Below, in pieces: positions 53,032-59,872 of a stretch of 64,000 nt of DNA (position 1 is its first letter; every line of letters starts with the position of its first letter). The stretch lies in the IMG/VR virus record IMGVR_UViG_3300037071_003688; one strand, written 5' to 3'. The translations under genes and the position numbers were made by a program. Origin of the DNA: a virus. The notes beneath the pieces are model-generated. The model was not told where the DNA came from. It was given only the letters and a program-made list of their open reading frames with translations, and ran no database searches.

Positions 53032-54044
53032 CAGACTTGGCCGCCCTTGAAATAGTCGCTTGGTCGGGTCATACCGCGGATGTCGGCGGCGAAAGAGTCC
53101 TCCTCGTGGCTGAGTCGATTCAACATCTCCTCGAAATGTTCTGGTTCGGCCTTGATCTTGGCGGCTCCGCTACTGGTTGCTTTCTGACCAACCTGCATCG
53201 CGAAGCGGAACGTCTCGATCGGCTCGCCGGTTCGCTCCACGTAGGCGCGTAGCGTCTTTAGATTCGGGAAGACGCCATGCTCGTCAGGCAGACCGCTGAT
53301 GCGCTGCTCCGCGATCCTGTGATAGTTGGCGTTCAACTCGGCGCCGAGGAACGTGCGGCTGAGATCCCTGGCCACGACGGCGACCGTTCCGGTCCCCATG
53401 TACGGGTCGAGAACGACGGCGCCCTCGTTCGTCGTTGACAGGACGATCCGAGCGATCATGTCTTCGGGAAACTGGCATGGGTGGACCGTCTGTTCCTCGT
53501 GATTGTGTTTCACGTTTCGGAACACCCAGATGTCACCCGGGTTCTTCCCATCCGGGTGGCACGTCAACTCGCCTTTGCGATCACCCGTCCACGCTCTCTT
53601 GTTCCGGTATTTCTGCGGGACTCTGATGGGGTCGAGGTTGAACGTGTAGTCGTCACCCTTGGTGAACCACAGCACCGTCTCATGTCGCGCGCTGAACTTC
53701 CTTCGTCCGTGAAGCCCATGCTGACGAACCCAAATGATGCGGTTGCGGGGCCGAAGGCCAAGGTCTTCGAGAATCGGAAAGAAACGGACATCGAGTGGGA
53801 TGAGCGTTCCGTCATCGGAGTGTGCTCCCACCTGCCAGAAGATCGAGGCTCCGTCATCCATGACCCGCACACACTCACGAAGTACCTCCGATTGTCGGGC
53901 GAGGTAGTCCGAAAGTGTCAACTTCGACTCGTACGACTTGCCGATGTTGTAAGGCGGCGATGAAACGACAAGATCAACGGACCCGTCGTCCAACGCCGCT
54001 AGGAGTTCCATACAGTCGCCTTGGTGGATCCGATTATGGAGCAT
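53031..54044 (-). CDS. Beta-class amino DNA methyltransferase (N4-cytosine, M.BglII-like)
   Basis: SPPY precedes DPYMGTGT; WQVG..IPLDVRFFP, HNHEE, FPNLKTLR recall M.BglII. Likely start MLHNRIHQGD. Confidence 0.85.
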   Translation of the reverse strand: MLHNRIHQGDCMELLAALDDGSVDLVVSSPPYNIGKSYESKLTLSDYLARQSEVLRECVRVMDDGASIFWQVGAHSDDGTLIPLDVRFFPILEDLGLRPRNRIIWVRQHGLHGRRKFSARHETVLWFTKGDDYTFNLDPIRVPQKYRNKRAWTGDRKGELTCHPDGKNPGDIWVFRNVKHNHEEQTVHPCQFPEDMIARIVLSTTNEGAVVLDPYMGTGTVAVVARDLSRTFLGAELNANYHRIAEQRISGLPDEHGVFPNLKTLRAYVERTGEPIETFRFAMQVGQKATSSGAAKIKAEPEHFEEMLNRLSHEEDSFAADIRGMTRPSDYFKGGQV

Positions 54045-54054
54045 CGGACTATGG

Positions 54055-54510
54055 TTGCAGACCGTGACCACCGAGGCGTACCCGACGACTCCCTGCATCG
54101 AGATCCCGGAGGCAGTCCGCATCAAGAGTGGGCGGGCCAAGGGCTACGGCTGGATGTGGTACACCGATGGCAGCGGTCGCCGCCGGAACCAGTACGTCCA
54201 TCGCCGGATCGCTGAACGCATGGTCGGTCGAACCCTTGAACGGCACGAGGAGGTCATGCACCTGTGCGACAACCCACCCTGCTTCCGGGGCGACCATCTC
54301 GTTGTCGGCAGCCACGCCGAGAACCTTCGGATGGCGGCGAGCCGGGGAATGAATCAAGGCGAGCGCAACGGCCAAGCGAAGCTGACAACCGCCGAGGTCG
54401 CTGCCATCCGCTCGCGAAGCGAGAGCGCCCGCGTCCTGGCAGCCGAATACGGGGTCAATGCGAGTCACATCTACAAGATCCGATCCGGGCGTCGGAGGGC
54501 TGGGGCGTGA
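54055..54510 (+). CDS. HNH homing endonuclease
   Basis: GYG, YVHR, VMHLCDNPPC..HL..GSHAEN, GERNGQAKLT plus HTH. Confidence 0.9.
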   Translation: MQTVTTEAYPTTPCIEIPEAVRIKSGRAKGYGWMWYTDGSGRRRNQYVHRRIAERMVGRTLERHEEVMHLCDNPPCFRGDHLVVGSHAENLRMAASRGMNQGERNGQAKLTTAEVAAIRSRSESARVLAAEYGVNASHIYKIRSGRRRAGA

Positions 54511-55253
54511 GAACCGAGTGTTACGTCACGATTCATGACCAAGATCTGGTGCTTGAAGCCGAGCGGACAGGGCAGTTCGACTTGCTCTCACATACGTACC
54601 TGTTCGTGGGTCATCGCCCGGTGGATCGAATCCCGGCAGACGTCAAGGTCGTCGTCGCGCGTGACTACAGCCCCAATGTTGAGCATCTGCCAATGTTCTA
54701 CGACTTCACCGGCTGGCATGTGCTCGCGAGCCACGAGTTGATCACGGCCGACCATGCGATCATGTTGCAGTACGACATGTGGATCATCGACTCCGAGATC
54801 GAGACCAAGGTCGACGCGCTGCTCGACGCGGCGCCGGGGATGGTGGCGTTCAACGCCGGGTACTGGGGGCCGAACTGGATGCTGCACATCCCGGGCTTCG
54901 AGGAGGCGTACCGGGCCGGGCTGGCAACGGTCGGTGTCAACCCCGACGACTTCGGGCCGTTCAACGAGTGGCCATGCACACAGGGCACCGCCTGGCGCAC
55001 GAAGACGTTGACGGAGTTCATGATCTGGTTCGCGCCGATGTTCGAGGTGTTCAAGGATCACGTCTTCGCCGGGCATCTCGCCGAACGGACCGTGAAGGCG
55101 TACCTCGCGGCGAACGGGATCCCCGAGCAATACCTGCTCGGAGCGATCGCCCACGAAGCCGCCGACATGCACGGCACCGGCGCTTTGATGCGCGGCGACC
55201 GGGCGCTCTACGAAGCGCGCAACGCCGAGTTCATGCGCGGCGTGCCGTCGTGA
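54507..55253 (+). CDS. Hypothetical protein, possibly glycosyltransferase-like
   Basis: Coupled start; LQYD and GHLAER motifs. Confidence 0.5.
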   Translation: MRTECYVTIHDQDLVLEAERTGQFDLLSHTYLFVGHRPVDRIPADVKVVVARDYSPNVEHLPMFYDFTGWHVLASHELITADHAIMLQYDMWIIDSEIETKVDALLDAAPGMVAFNAGYWGPNWMLHIPGFEEAYRAGLATVGVNPDDFGPFNEWPCTQGTAWRTKTLTEFMIWFAPMFEVFKDHVFAGHLAERTVKAYLAANGIPEQYLLGAIAHEAADMHGTGALMRGDRALYEARNAEFMRGVPS

Positions 55254-56041
55254 CCCCGGCGGCGCTCCGATACCCCGGATCGAAGTGGACGCTCGCAGCG
55301 ACGATCGTCAACCAGTTTGAGCCGCACCGTCACTACATCGAACCGTTCTTCGGATCCGGCGCCGTGTTCTTCACCAAACCCCCAGTCCCGCACGAGGTGA
55401 TCAACGACCGGAACGGCTCGGTCACCAACCTGTTCCGGGTGCTTCGCGACCGAACCGACGATCTGCGCTGGGCGCTTGAAGCGACACCGTGGAGCCGCGA
55501 CGAATACGACCAGTGCGACACCGCGACCGTGGACGAACTCGAAGCGGCCCGCCGATTCGTCGTCCGATGCTGGCAGGCGCACGCCAGCGATCTCGCCAAG
55601 AAGACCGGATGGAAGAACCGGGGACCGAGCCAACGGGCGGCAGGCATGTCGCACCGTTGGAACAAGGTCCCCGCACAACTGCGACAGATCGCGTGGCGAT
55701 TGAAGGACGCCGAGATCGAGAACCGCGACGCACTCGAAGTCATCGAACGCCACGCCGGTCCTGACTGTCTCATCTACGCCGACCCGCCGTATCCGCACGA
55801 TGTGCGCACGCAGCCGATGTACGGCGACGAGATGTCCGACGCTGAACATCTCAAGCTGATCGCCGCGCTCCTCAATCATCCCGGCCCGGTCGTGGTGAGC
55901 GGCTACGCCAACCCGATGTACGACGAAGCGTTCGCTGACTGGCGGCGCCTGATCATCACCGCCCCCAAAGCCGAGAAGGCCGCCGTGCGCGCGGAGGTTC
56001 TTTGGGTCAAGCCGGGGATGAGCCAGGGGACGCTCTGCTGA
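55250..56041 (+). CDS. Dam-like (D12 class) adenine methyltransferase
   Basis: RYPGSK, EPFFGSGAV, EVIND, YADPPY. Confidence 0.92.
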   Translation: MTPAALRYPGSKWTLAATIVNQFEPHRHYIEPFFGSGAVFFTKPPVPHEVINDRNGSVTNLFRVLRDRTDDLRWALEATPWSRDEYDQCDTATVDELEAARRFVVRCWQAHASDLAKKTGWKNRGPSQRAAGMSHRWNKVPAQLRQIAWRLKDAEIENRDALEVIERHAGPDCLIYADPPYPHDVRTQPMYGDEMSDAEHLKLIAALLNHPGPVVVSGYANPMYDEAFADWRRLIITAPKAEKAAVRAEVLWVKPGMSQGTLC

Positions 56042-56639
56042 CGAGGTAGTCGGCGTTCATGTACCAGTCTTCATAGGGCTGCTTGTAGTACAGCGGGTTC
56101 GGGTCCATGCAGAGAGCGTTGTCGACGACCCGCTCGAAGCCGTGACCGGTGAGGAAGTCGTAGATGGCGTCTTTGTGGGCTGGGCCGTCGGCGTAGAGGT
56201 TGTGTTCGACGGTCATCAGGATCACGGTGTACCTGTCGAAGTCCAAGCCTTGGAGGGCGATCAGTTCGCCGCCTTCGATGTCGAGCGACATGTAGTCGAT
56301 CGTGTCGGGCGCGCGCACGGACCGCAGGATCTCCGTGAGCGTCGCCGATGGCACCTGTACGCCCCCGTGACCGACGATCCGGTCCCCGAGCATCCACACC
56401 TGCCCCTCGCGCTCTGCGACCGCCTTAGCGACCGTGTGGCACTTCCTGTTCGACGCGCAGGCGGCGGCGATCGACGGCGACGCCTCGATGCAGACACCAT
56501 CCCAACCCATCTTCTCCAACGCGAACGTGTTGGATGTCTGCACCCCGTCGTAGGCGCCGACATCCACGAAGTAGCCGGGCCGGTCACCGAGGGTGTCGAC
56601 CACCCACTGGTCCTGACCGGCCTGCGAGTACCAGTTCAT
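56007..56639 (-). CDS. FkbM-family methyltransferase
   Basis: YSQAGQD, FVDVGAYDG..SNT, SLDIEGGE. Confidence 0.9.
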   Translation of the reverse strand: MNWYSQAGQDQWVVDTLGDRPGYFVDVGAYDGVQTSNTFALEKMGWDGVCIEASPSIAAACASNRKCHTVAKAVAEREGQVWMLGDRIVGHGGVQVPSATLTEILRSVRAPDTIDYMSLDIEGGELIALQGLDFDRYTVILMTVEHNLYADGPAHKDAIYDFLTGHGFERVVDNALCMDPNPLYYKQPYEDWYMNADYLVSRASPGSSPA

Positions 56640-57595
56640 GCGATGCGTCGAAGATGAGCGGCGGTCTGCTCGGTGATCGCCGCCGACGATTCCTTGTAGA
56701 CGGCGTCGACCTGCTGGGACCAGAACCGGTGATCGGCGAGCACCTCACTCAGTCGGACCTCGGGGAAATGCGCGCAGGCGCGATCGAAGTGGGCGAACAT
56801 CGTGCAGTCGGTCACCATGATCGGACGACGGGCGGCGACGAGGTAGTCGAGCGCCGACGACAGCCCGGCGTTGTGCTGACCGGGAACGTAGAACAGACAG
56901 TTGACGGTGTTCTCGGCGAGCCGGGCGACGACGTCGTCCGCTTCGAGATGGTCGCTCGTGCGGTGCAGACGCAGCCCGGGATGACCATCGAAGATCTCCT
57001 CGATCTGGCGCACGATCCCCGGACCGTACAGTTCGCGGCCCCCAGCGCCGTTGAAGTACGCCTCGGGCATGTGGAGATCGAAGATGGCGACCTGCAACGT
57101 CGCCGCGATCTCGGTGGCGACGGCCGGGAAGTTCTTGTGCGGGAACGCGAACCCGAACGATCCGATCCGCGGCGGTGACGGCAACGGTCCGAGCGTGACG
57201 GTGTCGGGTAGCGGCCGGTCGGTGACGAGCACCCACGGGTTCGTGGCGATCAACGTCGGGTCGAGCGCGAGCATGAAGTCGAACAGGCGGTGATGGTCGG
57301 CGGCGACCTGGTCGATTGTGTCGTGCTGGTAGTTGTGGATCACCGCGATTCGTGTCGCCCGATGTCGCTTGATGTCCTCGGTCACCCACGGCATGATCCC
57401 CGGCATGAAGTTGATGATCACCGCGTCGAACTTGTCGGACTCCATCACCCGGTGATACGCCTCGATGTCGTTGACCTCGATGTAGTCGAGCGCGATGTCC
57501 TCCCCGAGCGCGACCAGTCGGGCGTGTCGCCGCCCAAGATCGTGTACGCCGCACACCTCGCTGTGAGCGTGGTTGACGTACAAGACGTTGATCAT
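56636..57595 (-). CDS. GT-B glycosyltransferase-like protein
   Basis: CGV, IGSFGFAFPHKNF, GLSSALD..RPI. Confidence 0.65.
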   Translation of the reverse strand: MINVLYVNHAHSEVCGVHDLGRRHARLVALGEDIALDYIEVNDIEAYHRVMESDKFDAVIINFMPGIMPWVTEDIKRHRATRIAVIHNYQHDTIDQVAADHHRLFDFMLALDPTLIATNPWVLVTDRPLPDTVTLGPLPSPPRIGSFGFAFPHKNFPAVATEIAATLQVAIFDLHMPEAYFNGAGGRELYGPGIVRQIEEIFDGHPGLRLHRTSDHLEADDVVARLAENTVNCLFYVPGQHNAGLSSALDYLVAARRPIMVTDCTMFAHFDRACAHFPEVRLSEVLADHRFWSQQVDAVYKESSAAITEQTAAHLRRIA

Positions 57596-58812
57596 GCGCC
57601 GATCACCCGGAACTCCGGACAGGGCACGATGAACTGACCGCCACCTTCGAGGTAGGCGCGCTCGCGCTTCACGAACTCGGAGATGAAGTGCCACGGCAGC
57701 ACGAGCAGGTAGTCGGGGTTGGCGGCGCGCATCTCGTCCTCCGAGACGATCGGGATGTTCGTGCCGACCGTGCGCAGCCCGAACTTGTACTGCGACCGTT
57801 CGGCGATGCCGTCGATCATCGTGTGGTCGAGACCGAAGTATTGGAGCAACGTGTTGCCCTTGGTCGACGCCCCGTACGCCCACACCGACTTGCCGCGGGC
57901 GCGCTCCTGCGCAATGAAGCTGACGACGGTCGCCTTGAGCGACTCGATCTTGTCGCGGAACGCGAACCACACCTCGGGCGAGTTGAGATCGTGTACGAAC
58001 TCCATCGCTTCGAGCGCCGCGATCCGCATGTGGCACACGTCGCGGTGCGGCTGCGTCGCGAACATCGTCGGGTCGCCGCCGTGCTTCATCGCGTACACCC
58101 GGAACGAGCCACCATTGACGTCGTTCAACTGGACATCCACGATCCGCAGCCCAGCGGACCGGAACAAGGCGTCGATCGTCGCCAACGTGTAGTAGTGGAT
58201 GTGCTCGTGGCAGATGTTGTCGAACGCGACCTGGCGCAGCATCAACGGTGTGTACGACATCTGGACGACGAACAGACCATCGTCACGCATGAGATCCACG
58301 ACGTCGCGCAGGAACGGCATCGGATCTTCGAGGTCGTAGAACATGGCGATGCACGTCACGACCTTGGCGCGCAGGTTCCCGAGTTCGGAGTTCTTCCACC
58401 CGCTGTAGCTGAACGGCTCCTGCAAGATCAGATCGGCGTGGCGGCGCGACTCGACCGCGAACGTGTCATCGGCCGGGTCGATCCCGGCGCGCACCATCGA
58501 CTCGGGCACGTGGGCGAGCAGCGTCCCGTCGTTGCAGGCGATGTCGACCCACAGATCACCGCGCTCGATCGGCATCGCGTCGGTGATCGACGTGACGATC
58601 CCAGCCAACTCGTTGGTCATCGTCGCGTTCGTACCGGACCGGTACCAGTAGCGGCCGTACATGAACTCGGCGTCCGCCGACTCGGAGAGATGGACGCGCC
58701 GCGTCGACTCATCGAACACGAGCTTCAACTCGACCGGCTCGGCCCGCGGTTCCTCGTCCGGGCGAAGGAAGTCCGACACGTACAACCGACCGAGCGAGAA
58801 CAGATCCGTCAT
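57592..58812 (-). CDS. NDP-hexose C-methyltransferase family
   Basis: Y.YRSG, DIACNDG, FDNICHEH, NGGS, YGASTKG, PDYLLVLPWHF. Confidence 0.88.
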   Translation of the reverse strand: MTDLFSLGRLYVSDFLRPDEEPRAEPVELKLVFDESTRRVHLSESADAEFMYGRYWYRSGTNATMTNELAGIVTSITDAMPIERGDLWVDIACNDGTLLAHVPESMVRAGIDPADDTFAVESRRHADLILQEPFSYSGWKNSELGNLRAKVVTCIAMFYDLEDPMPFLRDVVDLMRDDGLFVVQMSYTPLMLRQVAFDNICHEHIHYYTLATIDALFRSAGLRIVDVQLNDVNGGSFRVYAMKHGGDPTMFATQPHRDVCHMRIAALEAMEFVHDLNSPEVWFAFRDKIESLKATVVSFIAQERARGKSVWAYGASTKGNTLLQYFGLDHTMIDGIAERSQYKFGLRTVGTNIPIVSEDEMRAANPDYLLVLPWHFISEFVKRERAYLEGGGQFIVPCPEFRVIGA

Positions 58813-58939
58813 GACATCAACGTAGTTCTGGCCTGCTCCACCATCGAGGAATACCTGTGAAATGTGTTGACAAACCCTGGACGTTCTGCGCATAATACTG
58901 GTGGAAGGAGAAGGGAGTTGGGGTTCTTCTCCTCCGAGA

Positions 58940-59101
58940 GTTCCTGTGCTGTCAGCGTCGTCTCAACCCGGCGCCGAGCAGACTCACGGTCCGTGCACGG
59001 AGCGTGAGAGAAGGTCCGTGGCCCACGGCACCTGGTGGCCACCAGGGTGGGTACGACCGGTTAGCGGTTCGAGTCCGCTACGGCGCTGAGAGCACAGGAA
59101 C
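58940..59101 (+). ncRNA. Large tRNA-like ncRNA
   Basis: T arm AGCGG-TTCGAGT-CCGCT; ~21-bp closing helix; two long arms capped by palindromes; no 7-nt anticodon loop. Confidence 0.65.
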
Positions 59102-59109
59102 CGCCCAAT

Positions 59110-59182
59110 GATGCTGTAGCTCAGTGGAAAGAGCACCGGCTTGCGAAGCCGGTTGTCGCAGGTTCGAGTCCTGCCAGCGTCA
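59110..59182 (+). tRNA. tRNA-Arg(GCG)
   Basis: Full cloverleaf, loop TTGCGAA; no encoded CCA. Confidence 0.9.
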
Positions 59183-59185
59183 CTA

Positions 59186-59322
59186 CTCCACCGCAAAGGT
59201 TGGCTTAGAAGCAGCCATCCTCTAAGGAGTGACACCCGAGTCCGGACGGTCCGGTGGGAGCCAGGGAACTGGTGAGGAACCTATAGAGCCTCGTCTTAGG
59301 CGTAACAGCACATGCGGTGGGG
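59186..59322 (+). ncRNA. rRNA-mimic ncRNA (23S H43/H44 plus L1-stalk-like motif)
   Basis: Closed by CTCCACCGCA/TGCGGTGGGG; contains GTTGGCTTAGAAGCAGCCATC and GCGTAACAGC. Confidence 0.8.
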
Positions 59323-59325
59323 CGA

Positions 59326-59398
59326 CCGAATGTGGCGCAGTTGGTAGCGCACCTGGTTTGGGACCAGGGGGTCGGGAGTTCGAGCCTCTCCATTCGGA
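59326..59398 (+). tRNA. tRNA-Pro(TGG)
   Basis: Cloverleaf, loop TTTGGGA; no CCA. Confidence 0.92.
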
Positions 59399-59475
59399 CG
59401 AGCAGTTCGGCGAGACTTGAATGACCCGCTGAAAACCCGGGGTGCGGCCCGGGCGTCGAACTGCCAGAATGAACT

Positions 59476-59548
59476 GATGGTGTAGCTCAGTGGATAGAGC
59501 ACCAGCTTCCGAAGCTGGGTGTCGCAGGTTCGAGTCCTGTCACCGTCG
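59476..59548 (+). tRNA. tRNA-Arg(CCG)
   Basis: Cloverleaf, loop TTCCGAA. Confidence 0.92.
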
Positions 59549-59616
59549 CCCAAGGCCCAGGCCCGAGTCACCAGCCTGGGACCGTCGCCGGAACGCGTGG
59601 CGGCGGGACAGAAAAT

Positions 59617-59689
59617 GGGGATGAAGCTCAGAGGGTAGAGCAACTGCTTCGCACGCAGAAGGTTGCGGGTTCGACTCCCGTCCTCTCCA
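59617..59689 (+). tRNA. tRNA-Ala(CGC)
   Basis: G3:U70, A73, loop TTCGCAC; A8 and a 6:67 mismatch. Confidence 0.85.
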
Positions 59690-59690
59690 C

Positions 59691-59762
59691 GCCGCCGTAA
59701 CTCAACGGCAGAGTACCGGCCCGTCAAGCCGGAAGTCGCGGGGTCAGCACCCGCCGGTGGCG
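59691..59762 (+). tRNA. Atypical tRNA-Asp(GTC)
   Basis: Stems intact, G73; C33 and T-loop GTCAGCA. Confidence 0.75.
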
Positions 59763-59771
59763 CTCAACATA

Positions 59772-59842
59772 GGGAACGTCGTCCAGTGGTAGGGCGCCTG
59801 ATTCCAGTCCAGGCTACGAGGGTTCGATTCCTTCCGGTCCCG
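59772..59842 (+). tRNA. Atypical tRNA-Trp(CCA)
   Basis: Loop TTCCAGT, G73; A31:C39 and A5:G68 mismatches. Confidence 0.65.
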
Positions 59843-59872
59843 CTCAAACCGCCACGAGAGGAGGAAACCACC

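Noticed and set aside
58940-59101. tmRNA
   Set aside because: No Ala acceptor identity or CCA end, no tag ORF, too short.
59186-59322. True rRNA gene or operon fragment
   Set aside because: Only short functional motifs match, rearranged inside a private closing helix between phage tRNAs.
58901-59727. ORFs over the tRNA cluster and over the Y-RNA array
   Set aside because: Fully explained by structured RNAs.
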